This document shows, piece by piece, positions 54,011-62,906 of a stretch of 64,000 nt of DNA. The notes beneath the pieces were generated by a model. It made no database searches, was not told the origin of the DNA, and saw only the letters and a list, made by a program, of their open reading frames with translations. The position numbers and the translations under genes were made by a program. The stretch's first letter is position 1. The number at the start of each line of letters is the position of its first letter. The stretch covers positions 64,001 to 128,000 of the forward strand of contig CAWJGT010000011.1 of assembly GCA_963842525.1 (NCBI GenBank), read 5' to 3'. This DNA is from an uncultured Holophagales bacterium (GTDB taxonomy: Bacteria; Acidobacteriota; Thermoanaerobaculia; Multivoradales; UBA5704).

Positions 54011-54313
54011 ATGTCCCATGTCTCGCTGCGTCGCAAGCTCGCCTTCCTCCTGCTCCTCGCCTTCTTCGCCGCCCCTTGGGCCACCGTGGCCGGGGAGCGG
54101 AGCGGAAGCCAACGGCCGCTGCAATCCGCCGCGGTCGAGTCCTTGAACCTCGCCGGCCGCCTGTGGCGCCTCCTGACGCGCGTCTGGAGTGAGACAGGCT
54201 GCATGATCGACCCAGGCGGCCGCTGCATCCCCGGCACGGGCGACGCGCCTGCGGCAACGACCCAGGGGGACGAAGGCTGCCAGATCGACCCATCGGGCCG
54301 CTGTGTGTCCTGA
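54011..54313 (+). CDS. Secreted 100-aa pre-pro-peptide with two GCxIDPxGRC cores
   Basis: RBS GGGAG; signal peptide MSHVSLRRKLAFLLLLAFFAAPWATVA; ETGCMIDPGGRC and DEGCQIDPSGRC. Confidence 0.85.
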   Translation: MSHVSLRRKLAFLLLLAFFAAPWATVAGERSGSQRPLQSAAVESLNLAGRLWRLLTRVWSETGCMIDPGGRCIPGTGDAPAATTQGDEGCQIDPSGRCVS

Positions 54314-54317
54314 TCCT

Positions 54318-55829
54318 TCAACCCCGGCCTCCCGGCGCGTTGCCCGGCCGGGAGGCCGAGCGCATCACCTTTTCGATGTCGGCGCTCACCTGCCCGGCCA
54401 GCTCCACGGTGGCGGCCTCCTGCCTGGCCGCATCGCAGAAGAGCTTCAGAGCCGCCAGGGCCTCCCGGTCGATCCGCTGGTGCCGGAAGATCCACTGCAT
54501 GGCGTTCGCCAACTGCCGCACTTCCTTCGAGCGGCCCGCTTCCAGCCAGAGCATAGCCAGATCCAGACCTGAAAGCGCTGCGTCGTAAGGGAGCTCTTCG
54601 GCGGTGAAGGTCCCCTGTACCTGTTCCAGCCGCGCCATTGCCTCCTGCTTCTGCCCCAGCCCGGCCATCGCCTTCGCTTCCAACCAGAGCACGCGGGTGA
54701 GGTCTAGGAGCTTGCGCTGCTGCTCGGCGAGAGCGCGCACCGCTGGCAGCCGCCGGGCGGCCTCTTCGTAGCGCTCCACATAGAACAGGTTGATACAGGT
54801 GTTGAACCGCAGGGCGAAAATCAGCGGCTCGTCGCCCATCCTTTCGATTGCAGGTGCGGCTTCCGCTAGAGCCGTTAGCGCACCTTCAAAATCACCCATC
54901 TGTTGAAGGATATTAGCCCTTACCAATCGGAGTCGCGCGGTCGCTAGAGCATCGCTCCTGTGTGCCGCCACTGCCCGGTCAAGTAGCGAAAGTGCTTCCG
55001 GGAACTGGTGCTGTTCCCGCCTTAGCGCGGCCTCGCGCTCGAGCATCCGCCAAGTAGGAAGTAGGCCGTCGGGGTTAGCCCCGACCTTCCAGAAGTCGGC
55101 GGCGCGGGCAAAGTCGGCATCGGCTCCATCGAAGTCGTTGCCGACCCGCCGGGCATTGGCGATGTAGATCCAGCAATACGCCTGGAGCGCGGCGCCGAAG
55201 CGGGTGTCGCCCTGGAAATGCTCGGCCATGAAGAGGGCGAGCCGCGCGAGCTCCAGCGCCTCCTTGGCGCTGTGGGCCGCGGCGCGCTCGCTTTCATGGC
55301 AGACCTTCACGGCGAGGGCCCAGCGGCGGTATTCGGGGAAGGTGAGGACCTGGTCGCGCCATTCTTCGCGCGGAACGGTCTTCAATTTGGCCCACAGCTC
55401 GGTGGCATCGCGGTGAGCCGCTGCCGCCTTTTCCTGTTTGCGTTTGCGGACCAGCTCGGCGCGCACCTCGCGGACGAGCGCCCAGCCATGGGTCATGACC
55501 GTGCGGAGGATGCGCTGGCGCTCTTCTGGAGTGAGGGCCACGGGCGAGGCCGACTCGTCAACGGACGGGGGCACGACCAGCTCGTGGAGGAAGAGGAGGA
55601 GATCGACGGCCTCGGGGGGCTGGCCGATGCGGCCCACCAGCTCCTCGAGCTGCTCACGACTCAGTGTCTGGCTGCCGATCTCGTAGCGGCGGAGCAGCTT
55701 TTCGTTGATCCTGAGGAGGTCGGCGCCGTCCTTGGGGATCGGGGCCACGAGGGCGCGGAGGTAGAGCAACGCCATGGCGGTGGCCGGGGTGATGTCCTGC
55801 TCTGGTTCCGGGGGTGTGTCCGGGCTCAT
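54318..55829 (-). CDS. HTH plus TPR-repeat regulator (copy 2)
   Basis: Divergent HTH (ADLLRINEKLLRRYEIG); TPR region clearly paralogous to copy 1 (WALAV--CHESERAAAHS-KEALELA, FTAEELPYDAALSGLDLA). Confidence 0.85.
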   Translation of the reverse strand: MSPDTPPEPEQDITPATAMALLYLRALVAPIPKDGADLLRINEKLLRRYEIGSQTLSREQLEELVGRIGQPPEAVDLLLFLHELVVPPSVDESASPVALTPEERQRILRTVMTHGWALVREVRAELVRKRKQEKAAAAHRDATELWAKLKTVPREEWRDQVLTFPEYRRWALAVKVCHESERAAAHSAKEALELARLALFMAEHFQGDTRFGAALQAYCWIYIANARRVGNDFDGADADFARAADFWKVGANPDGLLPTWRMLEREAALRREQHQFPEALSLLDRAVAAHRSDALATARLRLVRANILQQMGDFEGALTALAEAAPAIERMGDEPLIFALRFNTCINLFYVERYEEAARRLPAVRALAEQQRKLLDLTRVLWLEAKAMAGLGQKQEAMARLEQVQGTFTAEELPYDAALSGLDLAMLWLEAGRSKEVRQLANAMQWIFRHQRIDREALAALKLFCDAARQEAATVELAGQVSADIEKVMRSASRPGNAPGGRG

Positions 55830-55918
55830 GCCTGTCTCCCTGAAGACCTCTTTCAGAAAGAAGGTTGCCGCACCAAGGAAATCTGTGACACGCGGGAAAC
55901 CGGACGCAGATAGTCCAT

Positions 55919-56185
55919 ATGAAATCGCGGCGGCCGGATCAGGCAATTGTGCAGCCGCCCTACGATGCCCCTGCAATGGGACAAGACCCGCTGCTGTGTC
56001 AACGCCGGCCCGCCGTGGAGAGCCCGCATGTGGACGAGCGCCGCTTGCTGCGGGGTGAGCTCGATCGGGCCGAGCGGCGCCAATTCCTCCGCTGTCTGCT
56101 GAAAGGCTGCCCGGAGTGTACCGCCCTGGCACGCTGGATCTGGCGGATGGGCGAGCTTCCGGAGAAGGGCCGCGCCGCGCGATGA
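55919..56185 (+). CDS. Small protein with zinc-finger anti-sigma-like motif (start uncertain)
   Basis: HVDERRLLRGELDRAERRQFLRCLLKGCPEC; ATGA-coupled to the next gene. Confidence 0.55.
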   Translation: MKSRRPDQAIVQPPYDAPAMGQDPLLCQRRPAVESPHVDERRLLRGELDRAERRQFLRCLLKGCPECTALARWIWRMGELPEKGRAAR

Positions 56186-56439
56186 CGTTCGGGGAGGCGC
56201 AGGCGGAGCTCCGGCAGATGCTGTCGGAGCTGGAGAGGGTACGGGCGCGGCTGCATGTCGTGCACGGGAGCCTTCCGGCAGCGCCTGAAGATCTGGACAC
56301 GGAGGATTTCGCGAGCCACCCGGAGGGGATCAGCGGGCTGCGGAGCGCAATCGAAGGCCTGTTGGCCGACCAGATCGGCCCGACGATCCGGGACGTGCGG
56401 GCGGCGCTGGAGATTCCCGAGAGAGAGCAGAAGCTGTAA
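56182..56439 (+). CDS. Small helical hypothetical protein
   Basis: MTFGEAQAELRQMLSELERVRARL...LRSAIEGLLADQIGPTIRDV. Confidence 0.65.
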   Translation: MTFGEAQAELRQMLSELERVRARLHVVHGSLPAAPEDLDTEDFASHPEGISGLRSAIEGLLADQIGPTIRDVRAALEIPEREQKL

Positions 56440-56481
56440 GGAGGCGAGGAGGCTGCGTTGTCGCCGGGTCGAATCCCCGCG

Positions 56482-56512
56482 CCCGGGTGCCGAAAGCCCG
56501 GGAGCTTTTTTT
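56482..56512 (+). terminator. Intrinsic terminator
   Basis: CCCGGG...GAAA...CCCGGG then a run of seven T. Confidence 0.6.
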
Positions 56513-56542
56513 CTACGAGCCGGCCGAACGAAAGGAGCGTAG

Positions 56543-57337
56543 ATGGACGACGATCTGCTGAGGTTCTGCACGTTCATGGCGCGGGACCCCGACGGGGGGG
56601 AAGGCTGTTGCCCGGCGCCGCCTAGCGCAGGGGAGCCGGAAGCGGTCCCGGCCCTGAAGCTGGATCACATCGCGGTGGTGGTGGCGGATCTGGAACGAGC
56701 GGTCCATCTGTTCACGCTCCTCGGGTACGAGGCGACGGAGCAGCGGCGCATGGCCGGCAATCTGAGCGTGATGATGAAGAGCGGTGAGTCGGCGATCGCT
56801 CTGTTCGTCCCCGTGAGCCGGCATTCAGATCTTCGCCAGTTCGTGGCGACCCGGGGCGCGGGGTTGCAGCACATCGCCTTCGAGGCGGCGAGCCTGGAGC
56901 AGGCGGCGGAGGTCCTTGGCTGTGTTCTCGAATGGGAGCGGGAACCGTTCGTCCATGCCGGGCTCCGTATGCTGTGGTCGAAGCCGGACCCGACCACCGG
57001 GCTGGTCATCGAGCTGTTCGAACGCCGCGCCGCGGGCGAGGAAGAGGGCGAGGCGCCGACGTGCTGCAGGAACACGTGTTTGTGGCGTTCCTGCGACGGC
57101 AGGTCGCCTTTTGCGACGGTTGATCGTGCTGCAGGGCAAGGGCGAGCCGCGGCTGGATTTTTTGCTGCGGGTGGTGCGCGCGTCGCGCGACCCGGGCTGG
57201 CGCAACCCGAGGTCGCGGGCCACCTCGACCGCAGCCTTCGCCAATTCCACCATCTCCCCCACATCGCGGTGCCGGACTTCCCAGCTCCGCGCCAGCAGAG
57301 CCGCATAGACCCCGCCCACCCTGGCGGCTCTCCTTGA
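56543..57337 (+). CDS. VOC/glyoxalase (methylmalonyl-CoA epimerase-like) protein; 3' end uncertain
   Basis: LDHIAVVVADLE, GAGLQHIAFE, GLVIELFE. Confidence 0.75.
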   Translation: MDDDLLRFCTFMARDPDGGEGCCPAPPSAGEPEAVPALKLDHIAVVVADLERAVHLFTLLGYEATEQRRMAGNLSVMMKSGESAIALFVPVSRHSDLRQFVATRGAGLQHIAFEAASLEQAAEVLGCVLEWEREPFVHAGLRMLWSKPDPTTGLVIELFERRAAGEEEGEAPTCCRNTCLWRSCDGRSPFATVDRAAGQGRAAAGFFAAGGARVARPGLAQPEVAGHLDRSLRQFHHLPHIAVPDFPAPRQQSRIDPAHPGGSP

Positions 57338-57384
57338 CTGCGCGCGCATTTTTGACCCCGGCCGGCAAAGCGCGCGCGATGTCA

Positions 57385-57413
57385 TTGACATCGTGCGACG
57401 CAGTGTATAAAAT
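57385..57413 (+). promoter_or_regulatory. Near-consensus sigma70 promoter
   Basis: TTGACA-N17-TAAAAT, 60 nt before the TPR gene. Confidence 0.7.
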
Positions 57414-57473
57414 CAGTACCGTCGTTCAAGTAGAGCGACATTCTGTCCGGGGTCTTGGCCCCAGGGAGGTGAT

Positions 57474-58776
57474 GTGGACGGCCATTTGAGTCGAGAGGCA
57501 TTGAGCCGGATGTTCGCGGGAGGGGACGAGCGGGACGCCGCGCAGGTGCTTCACCTGCTGGACTGCGAGCCTCTGCTTCGCCCTGGCCCAGGAATTCCTG
57601 GCGGCCTGCCAGGAGGACGAAGACGGCGGGAGCGAGCTGCTGTGGGGGCCGGTCGGGGTGCCGGTGGAGACGGCGGTCTGGGCCGCCGAAGCGGCGCCGT
57701 TGTACGCCGAGCTGCTCGGCCTGGCGGCGCCGCGCCGTTTCGAGGCGATCCGGGAGGCGCGGTTCAAGAACCTGTTTCTGGCGGAGCTGCTCCTGCGGGA
57801 AGGCGAGCGGCTCGCACCGGCAGAGCCGGAGAAGTCGGAAGAGCTGGCCCTCCTCGCCTATCACCTCGGAGGGTCTACGTATCCGCGGGAGCTGAGCGTC
57901 TGGGTCGAAGAGGTCGTGGCGCGGTCCTGCTGCCTGTTGGGGAACGCCCGCCGCGTGGGTGGAGACCTGGAGGGTGCCGACAAGAGGTTTCGCATGGCGT
58001 CGGCCGCTCTGGCAGTGCCTCCGGATTCGCCGGTGCGGGCCTTTTTCTGCCAGATGCTGGCCTATTTGCGCGAGGACCAGAGCCGCGACCGGGAGGCCGA
58101 GCCGCTGCTCTGGCGAGCGGCCCGGATCTACCGCGAGGCAGGGCGGAGAGCGCCGCAGGGGGAATGCAATTGCCGGCTTGGCTTCCTTTTCTTGCGGGCA
58201 TACGACCTGGAGAGGGCGGCATCGGTCCTGTTGCGCGCCTGGCTGCTGCTCCAGGATGCGGGCTCGCCGTTGCTTGCGGCGCGCTCAGGCCTCGGCCTGG
58301 CCGTCTGTCTGGCGGCGCTCGGGCAGCCCAGGGCGGCCAGAGTCCTGCTGGAACAGTGCCGCGAGCTGACGACCGTGTGGCAAGGCGACTCCGCAGAGCT
58401 GGTCCGTCTGCACTGGCTGGAGGGCAGGATCGAAGCGCACCTCGGCGACCTGGCGGAAGCGGTGCCGCGTCTCGAAGCCGTGCGCCGCCGGCTGTTGGAC
58501 GAGGAGAAGCTGGTGGAGAGCGCCCTCTGCACCATCGACCTGGCGACCGTGTACGCAAAGGTCGGCCGGGCAGAGGACATCCTGCCTCTGATTCATGAAA
58601 TCGCCGCCCATTTTCCGGGCTCCCTCGGCCTGACGCGCATCCTGGTGGCGTTGTGCGGTGTGCTGAACACGGCCCACCTGGGCGAGGGCGACCTCGAAAC
58701 CGTGGCCCGCAGGGCGGTGGGCCTGATCCTCCGTCCCGAGGAGTGGCACGAGCCGCCTCCTCCGGAGGAAAACTGA
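57474..58776 (+). CDS. TPR protein with N-terminal Zn-finger-like motif (frameshift near 57570); distant paralogue of the HTH-TPR pair
   Basis: GHLSRE...HLLDCEP-C; GNARRVGGDLEGADKRF, WLEGRI...LG; RBS GGAGG. Confidence 0.75.
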
Positions 58777-58807
58777 TCGGCTTTCCCGGTGCCAATGAAG
58801 GCGCCGG

Positions 58808-59221
58808 ATGTTCGAGCCAAGGAGGTTCGACATGTTGGTAGAGAACGTCAAGCAGGGGCAGTCTGCGGTGGTGAAGGAACCCGGCGAAGCGCTCGGTTTG
58901 AAGGCGGAGCGAGTGCAGGAGGAGCTCGCCTTGGGGGTCCGGGAGGTGCTCGGTCTCAAGGCGGAGCGGGTGCAGGTGCTGCTCCAGGCGGGCTGGCGCC
59001 TGATCGAAGGAGCGACGGCGCTCCAGCGGGTCCGGGTGTTTCCTCATGCGCGCGTGGCGCAGGAGTACTCGAACTATGTCTCGGCGCTCGCCAATGCGCT
59101 GCGGCTGTCGATCCAGACCCGTCTGGCCGGCAGGCGGTGCGACGTCATCCTGCGGCTCGTGCCGGGACCGGCGGGCGGCGTCGAGGAGGCGCTGATCGAG
59201 CTCGGCGCCGAGCTGGGCTGA
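58808..59221 (+). CDS. Hypothetical protein with an internal repeat
   Basis: E-LGLKAERVQ occurs twice, 19 aa apart. Confidence 0.55.
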   Translation: MFEPRRFDMLVENVKQGQSAVVKEPGEALGLKAERVQEELALGVREVLGLKAERVQVLLQAGWRLIEGATALQRVRVFPHARVAQEYSNYVSALANALRLSIQTRLAGRRCDVILRLVPGPAGGVEEALIELGAELG

Positions 59222-59234
59222 AAGGAGGTCCATC

Positions 59235-59633
59235 ATGCCCACAGGCGCATTGTCCGACATCCGGAAGGAGTGGGAAACCCTTCTGGAAACCATCCAAACC
59301 AATGCCGAGGACCTGCCGTTTTTAGGGCCGTACCGGACTCAGCTCACGGGCGAGCTCGACGGGCTCAAGGCAGCGAGCCTCCGGCAGGGTACCTTCAAGG
59401 CGCAGTTCCAGCAGGCCACACGGGATGTCGAAGGTCATCGCAAACGGGGTCAGGATCTGGCGACCCGGCTGCGGAACGGCATCCGGTCCGCGTACGGCAT
59501 GACGGCGGAAAAGCTGACCGAGTTCGGTCTGCAGCCCCGTCGCAACCGCCCGAAGAAAAAGCCGCAGGAGACCGGCTCTTCACCGACGGCTCCTACGGCC
59601 AGCTCCACGACCGCTTCCACGATCAAGGAGTGA
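59235..59633 (+). CDS. Helical hypothetical protein, paralogue of 12042..12473
   Basis: RBS AAGGAGG; RGQDLATRL...G...EKLTEFGLQPRR. Confidence 0.8.
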   Translation: MPTGALSDIRKEWETLLETIQTNAEDLPFLGPYRTQLTGELDGLKAASLRQGTFKAQFQQATRDVEGHRKRGQDLATRLRNGIRSAYGMTAEKLTEFGLQPRRNRPKKKPQETGSSPTAPTASSTTASTIKE

Positions 59634-59654
59634 ACCCAGTATAGCCCTACACCA

Positions 59655-59684
59655 CGGGGGGCGGCGCAACCGCCCCCCGCCTTT
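59655..59684 (+). terminator. Hairpin terminator
   Basis: CGGGGGGCGG-CGCAA-CCGCCCCCCG then CCTTT. Confidence 0.6.
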
Positions 59685-59703
59685 ACCGGTACAATCCCGG
59701 GCC

Positions 59704-60477
59704 GTGCAGCTCCAGATCCTGATTGCTCTCTACGTGGCGGTCCTCGGGCTGATCGTGGGCAGCTATCTGAACGTGGTCATCTACCGGCTGCCGCGGGGGA
59801 TCTCGACGGTGCTGCCGCGGTCGCGCTGCCCGGGGTGCGGCGCCGCGATCCGCGCCCGCGACAACGTGCCGGTCTTCTCCTATCTCCTGCTGCGCGGGCG
59901 CTGCCGCTCCTGCGGGACGAAGATCTCGTGGCGCTATCCGCTGGTCGAGGCGGCGACGGCCCTGCTGTTCGTCGCCTGCCTCTTCCGCTTCGGCCTGACG
60001 GTCGAAGCCCTGGTCGCCGTGGTCTTCTCCTGCCTGATGCTGGCGCTGGCGCTGATCGACTACGACCACATGATCCTGCCCGACCGGATCACCCTGCCGG
60101 GGATCGTGCTGGGGCTCGCCGTGCAGCCCTGGATCCACTGGGTCGGGCTGGTGGCCTCCGTTCTCGGGGTCCTCCTCGGCGCCGGCATCCTGCTCGCCGT
60201 GTGGGGCGCCTGGTACCTGATCCGCAAGGAGGAGGGGATGGGGCTCGGCGATGTGAAGATGCTCGCCCTGATCGGCGCCTTCCTGGGCTGGAAAGGGGTC
60301 CTGGTCGCGCTCTTCTGCGGCGCCCTGGCCGGTTCGGTGGTCGGCATCGCACTGATGCGATGGGGGAGCCATGACATGCGGTCGAAGCTGCCGTTCGGCA
60401 CCTTCCTCGCCCTCGGCGGCCTGATCGCCCTCTTTGCCGGCGAGGCGATCGCCGGCTTCTACGCGCGGCTGTTATGA
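59704..60477 (+). CDS. pilD: Prepilin peptidase
   Basis: GSYLNVVIYRLP, two CxxC, LIDYD, GMGLGDVK, LPFGTFL. Confidence 0.95.
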   Translation: MQLQILIALYVAVLGLIVGSYLNVVIYRLPRGISTVLPRSRCPGCGAAIRARDNVPVFSYLLLRGRCRSCGTKISWRYPLVEAATALLFVACLFRFGLTVEALVAVVFSCLMLALALIDYDHMILPDRITLPGIVLGLAVQPWIHWVGLVASVLGVLLGAGILLAVWGAWYLIRKEEGMGLGDVKMLALIGAFLGWKGVLVALFCGALAGSVVGIALMRWGSHDMRSKLPFGTFLALGGLIALFAGEAIAGFYARLL

Positions 60478-62258
60478 GCGAGGCCCCGCGCCGCTGGCGG
60501 CTGGGGTTGCGCCGCGAGACGCTGATCCTGCTCCCGGCCGCGATCGTCCTGCTCGTCGTCATCTCGACGTTCACCCTCCTCGCCTACCGCAGCTCGATCA
60601 CCCGCCTGGTCGAGGCGCGGCAGGCCGAGGCGATGCGGCAGGCGCGGCAGGTTGCAGAGCGGCTCGCCCGCACGGGAGAAGACATTGGCGGCCTGCCCGC
60701 CGGGGCTCTCGCGGTCACCTTGCTCGACGCGGCGGGAGAGACGCTCGCCGCCGCCGGGGACGCTCCCGCCCAGCCGCTGGCACCTCTGCGCGGCCAGTCC
60801 GCCCGCCGGCCCGTGGGGATCGGCCCGGACGACCTGCTGCCGGACCGCGTGGCCGGGTTCGCCTCCTGGGACACCCTCCAGGGGCGCCGGACCGTCCGCG
60901 TGGACCTCGAAGCCGCCCTGCTCGGCGCGAGCCTGCGCTCGGTCAGGCTGCTCACCCTCGTCGTGGTCTCCGTGGACGGCGCCCTCGTGCTGTTGGTCCT
61001 CCTCTTCCTGCGCCACCTCCTGCGGCCTTGGGAGCTGATGCTGGAGCGCGCGCGGCAGCTCGGCGGCGGCGCCGCGGGGGACGACGAGGTCGACTTCCTC
61101 CTCTCCGCCTTCGAGCGCGCCCTGGGCGCCCTCTCCGCGCCGGAGCCCAGTGCCGAGAACGACTTCGCCGCGCTCGAAAGGACCCTCTCGTCGAGCCTGC
61201 AGAGCGGGCTTCTTCTGCTCGACCGCGAGGGCCGCGTGCTCGCCCTCAACGCGGTGGGCGCCCAGCTCCTGGGCCAGGAGATCCCCGAGCCCGGGAGACC
61301 GCTGCACGAGGCCCTGGCCGGCCAGCCGCAGCTCCTCGAGATCCTCACCGGCGCGGTCGCCGAGGAGCACGCGCCGCGCCGCCAGGAGTGCAACGTGCGC
61401 TCGGGCGGCGCGACCTTGACGCTCGGGCTCACGGTCCATCCGCTGCGCCGCGACGACGGCGAGATGCGCGGCTACCTCGTGCTCTTCGCCGACCTGACGG
61501 AGGTGCGGCGGCGCACCGAGGAGATCCGCCTGGCCGATCACCTCGCACGCCTGGGGGAGATGGCCGGCGGCATCGCCCACGAGCTGCGCAACAGCCTGGC
61601 CACCCTGCGCGGCTACCTGACCCTGATCGAGCGGCGTCCGGACGAGGGCTCGGTCGTCGACTACCTGTCCGAGATCCGGCACGAGGCCGACCACCTCGAA
61701 CGGGTGCTCGACGACTTCGTCTCGTTCGCGCGGCCGGGGACCACCCGCTTCCAGGAGGTCCCTCTCGCCCGCCTCGCGCGCCGCGTCGCCACCGATCCGG
61801 CCCTGGAGGGCTTCGCGGTCGAGGTCCTGGGCCCGCCCGGCGAGCTGTGCGTCCGCGGCGACTACCAGCTCCTCGAACGGGCGTTGCGCAATCTCCTGCG
61901 CAACGCGGCGCAGGCGGAACGCGCGGCCGGGCGCGAGGGTCCTGTCCTCCTGCGGATCGAGCGCGCGCAGGACGGCGTCGAGATCGCGGTCGAGGACCGT
62001 GGCGACGGCGTGCCGGCGCAGATCCGGGACCGTCTGTTCCACCCCTTCGCGACCGGCCGGCGCGGCGGCGTCGGCCTGGGGCTGGCCCTGACCCACCGCA
62101 TCGTCGTCCTGCACGGCGGGCGCATCCGCCTGGAGGACCGGCCGGACGGCGGCACCCGCGCCGTGCTCTCGCTGCCGGCCGACACGATCGTTACCGAAGG
62201 CCCCAACCCCGCGCGCCAGAACACCGCCGGCAGCCCGGCGAACGTTTCCCCCAACTGA
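60474..62258 (+). CDS. Membrane PAS sensor histidine kinase (PilS-like)
   Basis: Two TM, PAS-like region, AHELRN, NLLRNA, DRGDG, FHPF, GLGL. Confidence 0.9.
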   Translation: MSEAPRRWRLGLRRETLILLPAAIVLLVVISTFTLLAYRSSITRLVEARQAEAMRQARQVAERLARTGEDIGGLPAGALAVTLLDAAGETLAAAGDAPAQPLAPLRGQSARRPVGIGPDDLLPDRVAGFASWDTLQGRRTVRVDLEAALLGASLRSVRLLTLVVVSVDGALVLLVLLFLRHLLRPWELMLERARQLGGGAAGDDEVDFLLSAFERALGALSAPEPSAENDFAALERTLSSSLQSGLLLLDREGRVLALNAVGAQLLGQEIPEPGRPLHEALAGQPQLLEILTGAVAEEHAPRRQECNVRSGGATLTLGLTVHPLRRDDGEMRGYLVLFADLTEVRRRTEEIRLADHLARLGEMAGGIAHELRNSLATLRGYLTLIERRPDEGSVVDYLSEIRHEADHLERVLDDFVSFARPGTTRFQEVPLARLARRVATDPALEGFAVEVLGPPGELCVRGDYQLLERALRNLLRNAAQAERAAGREGPVLLRIERAQDGVEIAVEDRGDGVPAQIRDRLFHPFATGRRGGVGLGLALTHRIVVLHGGRIRLEDRPDGGTRAVLSLPADTIVTEGPNPARQNTAGSPANVSPN

Positions 62259-62304
62259 TTGTCGGACAGAGCTTTAGGCGATTTTGGACGCGGCTTCGGA
62301 GGGG

Positions 62305-62320
62305 TGGCACTCCTCTTGCC
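62305..62320 (+). promoter_or_regulatory. Sigma54 promoter (minor pilin operon)
   Basis: TGGCACTCCTCTTGC. Confidence 0.75.
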
Positions 62321-62336
62321 TTCCAAGGAGACGCAT

Positions 62337-62906
62337 ATGACTATGAAAGAGATCCGACGCATGTCGCGAGGCAGTGCGGGGTTCACCATGATCGAGGTCC
62401 TGGTCGCCGTGGCGATCATGGCGGTCCTGACGTTGATCGGCGGTGCCGAGCTGTTCCGGCAGATCGAGAGACGGAAGCTCATGGACAACGCCCAGCAGGC
62501 CTCGATGCTGCTGCGGCTGGCGCGCCTCGACGCGGTGAAGACCTCCTCCTCCGGAGTCGTCCAGGTCCAGCTCGATCCCGTGTTCAACAGGCACCTCGTC
62601 CTGCTCAGCTTCTCGGACCGCGACCGCGACGGGGTTCACGATGCCGGCGAGAAGCAGCTCGGGTATTTCCAGATCACCAAGGGGATCTCCGTCAGCACCG
62701 TCGGATTCGCCGGCGACCAGGCGATCTACGGGAGCGATGGATCGATGCAGACGATCGGGGCCTTCCGGTTCAAGAACGCACGCGACGAAGAGGTGGAGGT
62801 CGCGGTCCCGGCGAGCACCGGAGTGAAGGTCGTGCTGCGGAAAAAGGTCGGCCCCGACGACTACCGCGAGCAGGGTGAAGGCGGCGTCTCCTGGACCTGG
62901 AAATGA
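62337..62906 (+). CDS. Minor pilin, FimT/GspH-like
   Basis: AG|FTMIEVLVAVAI, LRLARLDAVK; RBS AAGGAG. Confidence 0.85.
   Translation: MTMKEIRRMSRGSAGFTMIEVLVAVAIMAVLTLIGGAELFRQIERRKLMDNAQQASMLLRLARLDAVKTSSSGVVQVQLDPVFNRHLVLLSFSDRDRDGVHDAGEKQLGYFQITKGISVSTVGFAGDQAIYGSDGSMQTIGAFRFKNARDEEVEVAVPASTGVKVVLRKKVGPDDYREQGEGGVSWTWK

Noticed and set aside
56452-56490. GGGTCGAATCCCC resembles a tRNA T-arm
   Set aside because: Lacks TTC, and no cloverleaf or acceptor stem can be built.
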